A stretch of DNA of 17,799 bases from a virus (lineage: Duplodnaviria; Heunggongvirae; Uroviricota; Caudoviricetes), in IMG/VR virus record IMGVR_UViG_2713896905_000007, positions 1 through 17,799 of that record, one strand, 5' to 3'. The notes under the pieces were generated by a model. It searched no databases. It saw only the letters and a program-made list of their open reading frames with translations, and was not told where the DNA came from. Shown here one piece after another: positions 1 to 7,265 of the stretch. How positions within the stretch are numbered: position 1 is the stretch's first letter; every line of letters starts with the position of its first letter. Both the position numbers and the translations under genes were made by a program.

Positions 1-315
1 TTAGCATTTTTTTGACCGCGCGTTTCCGGACGTATTCTGTTCTCCTGTCCCTTTATATCGTCGGAATACCCGCCGCTCTTCAAATCCCATTCCCAACTCA
101 GAATGTAGTCTGTTGACCGCTTGTTTTATTTCTGTCAGGTTCACCGGTGAAACCGGAGTCCGGCGCGCCTTACGCAAACACTCTGCTCGTTTCTGTGCCG
201 CCACTTTTCTTTTCTGGTCATCACTTAGCTGTACCATCACTTTTGCCCATCGTTCAGCTGCTCTCCGGTACAGTCCTTTTTTCTCCAGACATTCTGCCAG
301 GTGATCATGTAGCAT
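1..315 (-). CDS. PerC-family (Pch-like) transcriptional regulator, 104 aa, complete
   Basis: ATG at 315 preceded by GGAGG with 7-nt spacing, TAA stop at 1-3. Basic small protein beginning MLHDHLAECLEKKGLYRRAAERW, resembling my recollection of PerC/Pch regulators carried by E. coli prophages. Lies distal to Rz, a typical moron position. Family assignment is from memory only. Confidence 0.5.
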   Translation of the reverse strand: MLHDHLAECLEKKGLYRRAAERWAKVMVQLSDDQKRKVAAQKRAECLRKARRTPVSPVNLTEIKQAVNRLHSELGMGFEERRVFRRYKGTGEQNTSGNARSKKC

Positions 316-778
316 AAGTGACCTCCGATTATCTACAGACTGCTATCCTGAATTTACCTTCCTTTAATGAAATAACAATAAAAAATAAATCACAGAGAAA
401 CAACAAAACAACACACAAAAAAAACTAAATAATAAACCCAAATAATCACCTTATTTTATTATTTTTTGAGAGAGCTATTACTGAACAAAAAACGCTGACT
501 ATATACTCAAAACCAAACAACTATTCTGCCAATCAGGTATCATGGCAACACAAGGAATTACCGTGTTTTTGCCTTCTCTGCCCATACAATACGGACATAT
601 ACTTCATACTCTATTGTAAATTTCCATCCATGCGCCCACTTCATTTATCTGTAAATAATATTCAAAATATTTATCACAGAAATCGTTTTTGGCCATGTTC
701 TGAGCACACTATAAAGTCCGGAACTGACTTTTTGTTAAATTACCTTAACGTTACCAGTAGCACCTTCATAACAAAACA

Positions 779-1243
779 TCACGGTATACACTGGGTACGG
801 ATATATTCCTGTGCTCCTTCCAGTTGCTTCTGCATTGTCATCAGCCGTTCTCTGAGGATGAAATAATCCCGTTCAGCGGTGTCTGCCAGTCGGGGGGAGG
901 CTGCATTATCCACGCCGGAGGCGGTGGTGGCTTCACGCACTGACTGACAGACTGCTTTGATGTGCAACCGACGACGACCAACGGCAACATCATTACGCAG
1001 AACATCATTTTCAGCTTTCGCATCAGCTAACTCCTTCGTGTATTTTGCATCGAGCGCAGCAACATCACGCTGACGCTGCTGCATGTCAGCGATGGTGGCG
1101 ATTGCCTGCTTCAGCTCACTGACTTTTTTATCACGCTGTTCTTTGTAGGCGATGGCGTTATCACGGTAATGATTGACCGCCCACGACAGGCAGACGATGA
1201 TGCAGATAACCAAAGAGGACAGAATCGCGGTTACTCTGCTCAT
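779..1243 (-). CDS. Rz: Rz i-spanin (lysis), 154 aa
   Basis: Near-identical over most of its length to lambda Rz as I recall it (MSRVTAI...[15 protein letters not shown]...[39 protein letters not shown]). Immediately follows the endolysin gene. Confidence 0.95.
   Translation of the reverse strand: MSRVTAILSSLVICIIVCLSWAVNHYRDNAIAYKEQRDKKVSELKQAIATIADMQQRQRDVAALDAKYTKELADAKAENDVLRNDVAVGRRRLHIKAVCQSVREATTASGVDNAASPRLADTAERDYFILRERLMTMQKQLEGAQEYIRTQCIP
841..1023 (-). CDS. Rz1: Rz1 o-spanin lipoprotein, embedded in Rz in the +1 frame, 60 aa
   Basis: Lipobox LVVVGC followed by proline-rich [22 protein letters not shown], matching lambda Rz1. Entirely nested inside Rz as in lambda. Confidence 0.9.
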   Translation of the reverse strand: MRKLKMMFCVMMLPLVVVGCTSKQSVSQCVKPPPPPAWIMQPPPDWQTPLNGIISSSENG

Positions 1244-1716
1244 ACCTCAATATCTCTGACCGTTCCGCCTGCTTCTTTGAATTTTGCAATCAGGCTGCCA
1301 ACTTTATGCTCTAACTGACCATAACCAGCGCCCGGTAGTGAAGCCCAGATATTGCTGCAACGGTCGATAGCCTGACGAATATCACCGCGATCAATCATTG
1401 GTAAAGCGCCACGCTCTTTAATCTGCTGCAGTGCAACAGCGTCCTGACTTTTCGGAGAGAAGTCTTTCAGGCCAAGCTGCTTGCGGTAGGCATCCCACCA
1501 ACGGGAAAGAAGCTGGTAACGTCCAGCTGCGGTTGATTTAAGTTGCGGGTTTAGCGTGACAAGTTTGCGAGGATGATCGGAGTAATCCGTGAATAGCTCA
1601 CCACCTACAATAACGTCGTAGCCGTGATTGCGGGTTGGCTGTCGCCCGTTATCCGTTCCTTCTGACCACGCCAACATATCGAGGAAAGCTTTACGCTGGG
1701 AATTTAGTACCTGCAT
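1240..1716 (-). CDS. R: Endolysin R (lambda-type lytic transglycosylase), 158 aa
   Basis: Strong similarity to recalled lambda R ([52 protein letters not shown]). ATG at 1716 preceded by GGAG. Overlaps the Rz start by 4 nt. Confidence 0.95.
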   Translation of the reverse strand: MQVLNSQRKAFLDMLAWSEGTDNGRQPTRNHGYDVIVGGELFTDYSDHPRKLVTLNPQLKSTAAGRYQLLSRWWDAYRKQLGLKDFSPKSQDAVALQQIKERGALPMIDRGDIRQAIDRCSNIWASLPGAGYGQLEHKVGSLIAKFKEAGGTVRDIEV

Positions 1717-1719
1717 AAA

Positions 1720-2055
1720 TTACTCCTTAGAGCCACCAAACTTGTTACCGATTACTCGCATTGCAGCCCCACGAATAGCATCGACACCGATCAGCCCCAC
1801 ACCGCCACCAATGGCAACAGAAAGTGATTTAGGCCATCCGACATACTCAAGAGCGGATGCAAAGGTCAGCGTCAGAGCGCCACAGAGCAAAATCTCGAGC
1901 GTTTTTCGCTTCCAGCCACCACCACCGCCAAAATAGGCGATGCGCAAACCAGCCATAACGATCGACATAATCACTGCACCCAGCGGTGTGTCTCCACGCC
2001 ACCAGCTCTGAAACAACTCCAGCCAGTCCGGCCAGGTATTTGGGTTATGAGGCAT
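1720..2055 (-). CDS. Class I holin (three predicted TM segments), about 111 aa from ATG at 2055
   Basis: Sits directly upstream of the endolysin. Three hydrophobic segments (LGAVIMSIVMAGLRIAYF, TLEILLCGALTLTFASALEYV, SLSVAIGGGVGLIGVDAI) and a charged C-terminus. The ORF extends to 2151 but that would overlap the methylase 3' end; ATG at 2055 has GAGG upstream. Start is uncertain. Confidence 0.6.
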   Translation of the reverse strand: MPHNPNTWPDWLELFQSWWRGDTPLGAVIMSIVMAGLRIAYFGGGGGWKRKTLEILLCGALTLTFASALEYVGWPKSLSVAIGGGVGLIGVDAIRGAAMRVIGNKFGGSKE

Positions 2056-2131
2056 TTCGTCATCTCTCACCTCGCGATATTTGCGGGTGCTGTGTTGGAA
2101 ATAAAAAGACCACGCAACGTGGCCACCAGAA

Positions 2132-3184
2132 TTATTTCCCCACCAGTTCACTTACCTCTTTCACCGTCTGATTAAACCGCTCTGACTCAAGTTCAACACC
2201 TAACGCCCGACGCCCCAGCGCCATTGCTGCTTTTATTGTGGAACCGGATCCCATAAAAAAATCAGCAACCAGATCACCAGGTCGACTACTGGCATTGATT
2301 ATTTGCCGGAGCATATCCGCCGGTTTCTCGCACGGATGTTTACCCGGGTAGAACTGAACGGGTTTATGCGTCCAGACATCGGTATAAGGCACGGAGACTG
2401 ATACGGAGAAATAGCGCCGGAGAGATTTAAACTCATCCAGCAATTCAGAATATTTGCGATTCAGTGAATCATAAGATGCCACCAGCTGGTGGTGTGGTTG
2501 TTCCAGTTGTTGTTCCTGAAACTTCTCTGCCGCTATACGGGAAAAGAGTGCCTGTAACTTCCGATAGTCAGCCTCATTCGGCAACTGCCACTGACTGGCA
2601 CCAAACCAGTGGGAAACCATATTTTTCTTACCTGTGGCTTCGGCAATTTGTTTTGCCGTTATACCCAGTTCGGCACGAGCATCCCTGAAATACGATATCA
2701 GCGGTGCCATTATGTGCTGTTTGAGTTCCCTTTCTTTTGCCGCATAGCCGTCACTTTTGCCGCGATATGGCCCCTGGTAATGTTCAGCAAACAGAACGCG
2801 CTCTGTTGCCGGGAAATACGCCCGCAGGCTTTCCTTGTTGCACCTGTTCCAGCGTCCTGACGGCTTCGCCCAGATAATGTGATTCAGCACATTAAAGCGT
2901 TCACGCATCATAATTTCGGTGTCAGATGCCAGGCGATGACCACAGAACAGGTAAAGACTTCCGGCGGGCTTCAGTACCCGCCAGAACTGCGCCAGACACT
3001 GGTCCAGCCATTTCAGGTAATCATCGTCCCCCTTCCACTGGTTATCCCAGCTCTCGGGCTTCACTTTAAAGTATGGCGGGTCTGTGACTATCAGATCGAC
3101 AGAGTTTTCCGGTAAGGTCTGGATAAATTCCAGGCAATCAGCGTTGATTAACTCACAACTGGATATTTTTACAGTATTAGCCAT
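2132..3184 (-). CDS. DNA amino-methyltransferase (beta-class N6-adenine or N4-cytosine), 350 aa, no cognate restriction gene in window
   Basis: Catalytic DPPY motif near the N-terminus (LIVTDPPYF) and an AdoMet-binding FxGxG motif near the C-terminus (DFFMGSGSTIKAA). This motif order is the beta-class arrangement. No nuclease gene is adjacent. Confidence 0.85.
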   Translation of the reverse strand: MANTVKISSCELINADCLEFIQTLPENSVDLIVTDPPYFKVKPESWDNQWKGDDDYLKWLDQCLAQFWRVLKPAGSLYLFCGHRLASDTEIMMRERFNVLNHIIWAKPSGRWNRCNKESLRAYFPATERVLFAEHYQGPYRGKSDGYAAKERELKQHIMAPLISYFRDARAELGITAKQIAEATGKKNMVSHWFGASQWQLPNEADYRKLQALFSRIAAEKFQEQQLEQPHHQLVASYDSLNRKYSELLDEFKSLRRYFSVSVSVPYTDVWTHKPVQFYPGKHPCEKPADMLRQIINASSRPGDLVADFFMGSGSTIKAAMALGRRALGVELESERFNQTVKEVSELVGK

Positions 3185-3334
3185 AGATCAATAAGCGCTT
3201 CTCTGATAGGCTCATACCGCTTTTGCGCAAAGCAGATGGGCCTGAGGTTTGCTTGTGACCCCAACGCATGAGCAGATGGCTGGCAGGTGCCGCTAACACC
3301 CACCAGCCGCCCATTACCACAAATTAAAAAGCCT

Positions 3335-3514
3335 TCACTGCGGAAAGCGTCTGTAACAACCGAACTGATAATCTGCCAGACCCGCCATAACAAGCTGGGT
3401 CAGTATTAACTGGCAGCGTTCGCGTGAAAGGTAAGTATTCTGCGCAATCTCCCCGACGGTCGCCGGTTCGGTGACGCTTAATTCATTAAACACCACTCTG
3501 GCGGTTTCGGTCAT
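3335..3514 (-). CDS. Hypothetical small protein (59 aa) with winged-helix-like segment, below the ORF-track cutoff
   Basis: My own translation of the minus strand gives MTETARVVFNELSVTEPATVGEIAQNTYLSRERCQLILTQLVMAGLADYQFGCYRRFPQ*, with AGGA just upstream of the ATG. Lies between the tR'-like terminator and the methylase. A continuing out-of-frame ORF (3169-3393) suggests a possible frameshifted longer gene. Confidence 0.35.
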   Translation of the reverse strand: MTETARVVFNELSVTEPATVGEIAQNTYLSRERCQLILTQLVMAGLADYQFGCYRRFPQ

Positions 3515-3654
3515 ATCCTGCTGTTTTAGCAGTCTTTTTTCCTTTTCTGGTTAACGTGACATACCAATAACTCTTGTCGAAAAGGCCAGCAAGCTGAAAG
3601 ACCAGTATTCGCAACCACCAGCGCGTTTAACGTCCTGTGCTGTTTTTCGGACAC

Positions 3655-3677
3655 AAAAAAACCCGCCTGGTGGCGGG
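3655..3677 (-). terminator. Rho-independent terminator on the minus strand, candidate tR' of the late operon
   Basis: Minus-strand reading CCCGCC-ACCA-GGCGGG followed by TTTTTTT (plus coordinates 3662-3677 stem, 3655-3661 U-tract). Positioned about 85 nt downstream of the Q stop and upstream of the late genes. Confidence 0.7.
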
Positions 3678-3726
3678 CTGTAAAAATTCTTCTAACATCA
3701 GGCATAAAACGCCCATCGTTAGTGCG

Positions 3727-3754
3727 AATTTACCACGGATTCGTGAAAAATCAA
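3727..3754 (-). promoter_or_regulatory. Candidate late promoter (pR'-like) immediately after Q
   Basis: Minus strand TTGATT-16 nt-TAAATT, with a TG two bases upstream of the -10 element. Position matches the pR' of lambdoid phages between Q and tR'. Sequence-only prediction. Confidence 0.3.
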
Positions 3755-3759
3755 CAACA

Positions 3760-4581
3760 CTATCGCATTACCCTCTTTAACTGCCGCTCCGCCCATGCCT
3801 CCTCAATGTCAAACCGAACCACCAACGTATCGTAAAAACGCTTCACTGATTTTTTCCACGTATCAAGAGTGATAGCGCTCGTCACTTTGCATATGGCATT
3901 AAACGCCTCCGTTGACGGCAATCTTTCATAGCCACGACCACCACAACGCTGGCAGTCTCTGATAACAGGCATACCACGTTTTACCGACTCTTCACGATGA
4001 ATGGCGACACCACGCCCACGGCAATCCTTACAGGCGGTGGAGACCTCACCCTTTCCCCCGCATTCAGGACAGGCAACTTTTACCACTTCCCGGACTTTTT
4101 TCCATTCTTCCCAGTAAGACGGATACACACCCTTTGTACACTTTGCCCATACCGGCGGTTTACCATCCGGATACTGGACCTTGTTTGTAAAAACTACGCT
4201 TTCAATAAATTTTTTCCCACCGCAACAAGGGCACTGTTTTTTACTCGCTGCACTGCGGGCATAATCCTCAAAAGCGTACGAAGCCATAATGCGCATCACT
4301 GCCGGTTTTATTTCTGCCGGAAGTTTTCTTAACGCCGCCACGCCATCACACCGACTGAGAGCATATTCTGTCAGTAGTTCTGTTGCCCGCTCCCGGTCAT
4401 TCATACTGATGCCCATTTTCCCCAGGAACGCAGAAAATCCCATCTCAGCACGGTCTTGTGTCATACCCTGCGCAGCCATCACATCAGTGATACTCAGCGT
4501 ATCTTTTGACGTCGAGACGGATGCATCAGTCAGACCTGGCGATTTTGGGGAGTAGTATTTCGGTAAATCTTCCAGCTTCAT
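3760..4581 (-). CDS. Late-gene antiterminator Q (lambda Q family), 273 aa, with Cys-rich insertion
   Basis: N-terminal and C-terminal regions match recalled lambda Q (KYYSPKSP...TDVMAA.GM; DTLVV...). Central region carries four CxxCxGxG repeats. Start overlaps the rusA stop. Confidence 0.85.
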   Translation of the reverse strand: MKLEDLPKYYSPKSPGLTDASVSTSKDTLSITDVMAAQGMTQDRAEMGFSAFLGKMGISMNDRERATELLTEYALSRCDGVAALRKLPAEIKPAVMRIMASYAFEDYARSAASKKQCPCCGGKKFIESVVFTNKVQYPDGKPPVWAKCTKGVYPSYWEEWKKVREVVKVACPECGGKGEVSTACKDCRGRGVAIHREESVKRGMPVIRDCQRCGGRGYERLPSTEAFNAICKVTSAITLDTWKKSVKRFYDTLVVRFDIEEAWAERQLKRVMR

Positions 4582-4958
4582 TTATTGACCTGCCCGTCAT
4601 GCATTATTTCGTAAATCTTCACGCCCAGTCGCCCACCAGGAACGAGCTGACCGCGCACAATATTGATTTCATCAAACTGCTCGTCGTCTATAAGTAGTCC
4701 GGCATGCGTCAGCGCATCCAGTGGTGCCTTCAGGATATTGTCCAGGTCGCGGCGGCGCTTATCCGGTGGCTCTGCAATAATCTTTATCGCCAGCCTTCCG
4801 GACAGGTTTAATTTCAGCCGCTGCTGGCGAACAATTAGCGCCACATCACGGCGATAACGCTCACCGGCTTTTGATACAAAATATACGCCACCACGACGGC
4901 GCCAGTAGGTGTTCACCGACGGCGGGTAAGGCAAAACAAATTCTATGCGCTCAGTCAT
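4578..4958 (-). CDS. rusA: Holliday junction resolvase RusA, 126 aa
   Basis: Characteristic RusA motifs (PPSVNTYWRRRGG..., PDKRRRDLDNILKAPLDALTHAGLLIDDEQ) matching recalled E. coli RusA. Lies immediately upstream of Q, as in phage 82 and DLP12. Confidence 0.9.
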   Translation of the reverse strand: MTERIEFVLPYPPSVNTYWRRRGGVYFVSKAGERYRRDVALIVRQQRLKLNLSGRLAIKIIAEPPDKRRRDLDNILKAPLDALTHAGLLIDDEQFDEINIVRGQLVPGGRLGVKIYEIMHDGQVNK

Positions 4959-6014
4959 TTATGCTTTCCACTTCAGGACACCTGAATTTCTCGCGTGCAT
5001 TAAAAAACGAATCAGCAACAACAGCTGGCTGCCGTGTTTTTCTTCAAAATCTTTTACCCCGGCGTGCAGTTCGTTATGACATTTACGGCACAGCGGAATA
5101 ACAAACAAATCGTCAGCCTTTGTTCCCATCCCTCCAAGTCCATGACCAATGATGTGATGCGGATCATCTGCCTGATTGCCACACGTCATGCATTTCTGCG
5201 TTTTTACCCAACGCGTGTATACAGGCATCTCTTCCCGTTGTGGTTTCTGGCGCTGGAGATACTGAGCCGGTGACTCCGGATCAACGGCAATGCTTACCAC
5301 CGTCTTTTCCTGTGGCGGGTTTTGCTGGTGGGCGTGAGGCAGCGGCGCAAGATTTTTTGTGCGCTGCTTCAGTATGCTGGTGGCGGTCTGCTCTCCCGGT
5401 ACGATGTCGCTTTCACGGTACACTGAGCAGATTTTTTCCGCACGCAACCCCAGCGAACGACGTAATACTGACTCAGGTAATGCATCCGCCACCTGATTGC
5501 AGAGCGCCCACCAGGATAATTCAGCCAGCGATAATTCCCGCTCCTGCGTGCCATTCATTGCATGGCGTATGACGTCAATCATCCAGGCTGTCAGGTTTTG
5601 TTGAGCAAGTTGCCCGAGTGATTCGGAGGTCTGGTCACGCAGCTGATTGTCACAGTGCCAGCACAACACCATCGCGCCGGTACCGTAACGATGTATGACG
5701 GTTTCGCTGTGGTGATAGTCACCATGAGGCCACTGGCAGGATTTAACATGACGCAGGAGCCAGTCAGACAATGCGCCAGCGCCGCCAGCAGCACGAATAG
5801 CCCGCTCATCGCTGAAAAATGGCAGTAATGATTTATCTTCCACGAGCGGCTGGCGAACGGCAGGAACAGCTCCTGACGGCAGACTGCGCATGCTTTTCGG
5901 TTCCGGCTCCACCAGCACTCGAGGATTATGAAATACCTGCATGGATTCACGACCAGGCTTAAGGACCACCAGCCCGAGTTCCGGTACCAGAACAGGTCGA
6001 AGTAATACCCGCAC
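4959..6014 (-). CDS. DUF968-like (YdfU-like) phage protein with C-terminal Cys/His HNH-like motif, 351 aa
   Basis: Position between the hok/rem-like genes and rusA-Q matches ydfU of Qin. C-terminal CMTCGNQADDPHHIIGHGLGG...CRKCHNELH resembles a zinc-binding HNH-type fold. Start is GTG at 6014 preceded by GGAGG; an alternative ATG lies at 5942. Confidence 0.6.
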   Translation of the reverse strand: MRVLLRPVLVPELGLVVLKPGRESMQVFHNPRVLVEPEPKSMRSLPSGAVPAVRQPLVEDKSLLPFFSDERAIRAAGGAGALSDWLLRHVKSCQWPHGDYHHSETVIHRYGTGAMVLCWHCDNQLRDQTSESLGQLAQQNLTAWMIDVIRHAMNGTQERELSLAELSWWALCNQVADALPESVLRRSLGLRAEKICSVYRESDIVPGEQTATSILKQRTKNLAPLPHAHQQNPPQEKTVVSIAVDPESPAQYLQRQKPQREEMPVYTRWVKTQKCMTCGNQADDPHHIIGHGLGGMGTKADDLFVIPLCRKCHNELHAGVKDFEEKHGSQLLLLIRFLMHARNSGVLKWKA

Positions 6015-6015
6015 G

Positions 6016-6294
6016 TTACCTCCAAATCCGTTGCTGGAATGTGCGGGACGGACGCGGTGGCCGTTCGAAGTAAGGGAGCCTGACGTAGATTATCCAGTGA
6101 CGATAATCGAGGCTGAGGGCTTTCCTAAACTCATACCCACGTCTGCGGTAGTTCTGAATCAGCCATTCGGCCTGTTCTTCAGTGCATGGGTCGTGCTGGA
6201 ACCAGTCAGATTTGAATGCATGAGAACGCCGCCCGTGCCTGCTGGCAAAGGCGGCTGAATTATCAGAATTGTGTGATCTGGGATTTTGCGCCAT
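6016..6294 (-). CDS. Hypothetical nin-region protein, 92 aa
   Basis: ATG at 6294 with GGAG 7 nt upstream. Its stop directly abuts the downstream gene start, suggesting translational coupling. No recognised motifs. Confidence 0.55.
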   Translation of the reverse strand: MAQNPRSHNSDNSAAFASRHGRRSHAFKSDWFQHDPCTEEQAEWLIQNYRRRGYEFRKALSLDYRHWIIYVRLPYFERPPRPSRTFQQRIWR

Positions 6295-6360
6295 CGGCTT
6301 TCTCCGGTGGCACAGTGTTACTCAACAGGGGTTCAGCCCTGCGCTGAATTGTAGATGAAT

Positions 6361-6621
6361 TCACTCATCTTCAAAAGCAGAAAAACCAGCCTTAATCCCA
6401 GCTTCTTTCAGAGACGGCAACGATGTGACAAATTCATTTGCACGCAAAATAAAACCATCCGTCACAAGCCCATCCACCAAATGAATTAACGCAGCTCCAC
6501 TCTTCCTTTGTTGAGACTGTAAACATTTAATACGGCAGTGGCTGACAATAGCGCCATTCTCAACGCGCACAGTATAGAGGCCATCTTCACTAAAAATTTC
6601 ACGTAATTCTTCGATTTTCAT
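6361..6621 (-). CDS. Hypothetical small protein (86 aa) in the position of rem of Qin
   Basis: ATG at 6621 with GGAAGG upstream. Located immediately downstream of hok as rem is in Qin. Identity with Rem is not verified. Confidence 0.55.
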   Translation of the reverse strand: MKIEELREIFSEDGLYTVRVENGAIVSHCRIKCLQSQQRKSGAALIHLVDGLVTDGFILRANEFVTSLPSLKEAGIKAGFSAFEDE

Positions 6622-6703
6622 CAACAGAATCCTTCCAGATAAATAGCACTCCCCTGTTTGGGGTCCATCCCTCTTCTCCCTGCGCGCTACTTAAGTATTT
6701 TTG

Positions 6704-6733
6704 ATTCTATTCCGGCTCCGTCCAGAACTTCAA
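6704..6733 (-). promoter_or_regulatory. Candidate sigma70 promoter for the rem-like and nin genes
   Basis: Minus strand TTGAAG followed by TAGAAT at 17-18 nt spacing, located just downstream of the hok terminator. Sequence-only prediction. Confidence 0.3.
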
Positions 6734-6743
6734 ACGCGTTGAA

Positions 6744-6771
6744 AATAAAAACAAAAACCCGCCGAAGCGGG
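6744..6771 (-). terminator. Rho-independent terminator ending the hok mRNA
   Basis: Minus strand CCCGC-TTCG-GCGGG followed by TTTTTGTTTTTATTTT. Confidence 0.75.
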
Positions 6772-6841
6772 TTAAGTGCGGGTGCGTTGAGGATGCCTGA
6801 CACATCAGAGGTGGCGAGGGATTTCTCCCCCGCCTGGTCTC

Positions 6842-6997
6842 TTACTCCTCAGGTTCGTAAGCTGTGAAGACAGCGACCTCCGTCTGGCCGGTTCGGATTC
6901 GTACCTCGCAGAGGTCTTTCCTCGTTACCAGTGCCGTCACTATGACGGTTAAACAGATGACGATCAGGGCGATTAACATCGCCTTTTGCTGCTTCAT
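6842..6997 (-). CDS. hokD: Hok-family type I toxin (HokD/RelF-like), 51 aa
   Basis: MKQQKAMLIALIVICLTVIVTALVTRKDLCEVRIRTGQTEVAVFTAYEPEE matches recalled HokD/RelF. Single TM segment and conserved Cys. Confidence 0.9.
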   Translation of the reverse strand: MKQQKAMLIALIVICLTVIVTALVTRKDLCEVRIRTGQTEVAVFTAYEPEE

Positions 6998-7054
6998 AGC
7001 CTGCTTCTCCTTGACCTTTCGGTCCGTAAGAGGCAATCTATATGTGACGAGCAT
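6842..7054 (-). CDS. mok-like overlapping reading frame (70 aa) that includes hok
   Basis: ATG at 7054 with GAGG 8 nt upstream. The frame reads through into hok, as mok does in hok/sok loci. Confidence 0.5.
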   Translation of the reverse strand: MLVTYRLPLTDRKVKEKQAMKQQKAMLIALIVICLTVIVTALVTRKDLCEVRIRTGQTEVAVFTAYEPEE

Positions 7055-7140
7055 ATAGGGGCCTCACTTCGATTTATAGTCGGGTGGGGCTTTTATCTAT
7101 CTGCCGTTGGTGTTCATGCCTGAGGCAGATAGCCTCAAGC

Positions 7141-7168
7141 ACCCGCAGCAATTCTACTTAACTCTCCT
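7141..7168 (-). promoter_or_regulatory. Candidate hok mRNA promoter
   Basis: Minus strand TTGCGG-16 nt-TAGAAT. The predicted transcription start coincides with the 5' element (plus 7122-7135) that is complementary to the 3' element at plus 6778-6792. Confidence 0.4.
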
Positions 7169-7265
7169 TTTCCCGCAAATCGTTTTTATCCCCAGCGGCA
7201 AATCGAATACACCACCAGCGCCACCGCCATTGCAATTCCCATCGTTGCGAATGCTTCAGGCCAGG

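Noticed and set aside
113-304. 63-aa plus-strand ORF antisense to the PerC-like gene
   Set aside because: Entirely within and antisense to a better-supported gene; no ribosome-binding site; composition typical of a shadow ORF.
630-866. 78-aa plus-strand ORF in the AT-rich island running into the Rz 3' end
   Set aside because: Low-complexity AT-rich translation, no ribosome-binding site, overlaps Rz/Rz1; likely spurious.
1720-2151. Extended holin start at 2151 (143 aa)
   Set aside because: Would overlap the methylase 3' end by 20 nt and add a hydrophilic N-terminal extension. ATG at 2055 has a ribosome-binding site and gives a typical class I holin size. Not excluded.
1628-2171. Plus-strand ORFs (1628-1936, 1986-2171) antisense to holin and endolysin
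   Set aside because: Shadow ORFs opposite well-supported lysis genes.
3169-3393. 74-aa minus-strand ORF as an independent gene
   Set aside because: No start context and overlaps the 59-aa ORF in a different frame; more likely the downstream part of a frameshifted gene than a stand-alone CDS.
3185-3760. tRNA genes between Q and the lysis genes, as seen in some Stx phages
   Set aside because: No cloverleaf-compatible sequence or T-loop GTTCGA-type motif noticed by eye; cannot exclude without tRNAscan.
6658-7058. Plus-strand ORFs 6658-6867 and 6864-7058 opposite hok/mok
   Set aside because: Antisense to the hok locus with no ribosome-binding sites; any function here is more likely as antisense RNA than protein.
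7000-7265. relB/relE genes upstream of hok, as in the K-12 relBE-hokD arrangement
   Set aside because: No ORFs resembling RelB or RelE are present; the segment holds only the hok leader and promoter, and the next gene is the DUF551 protein.
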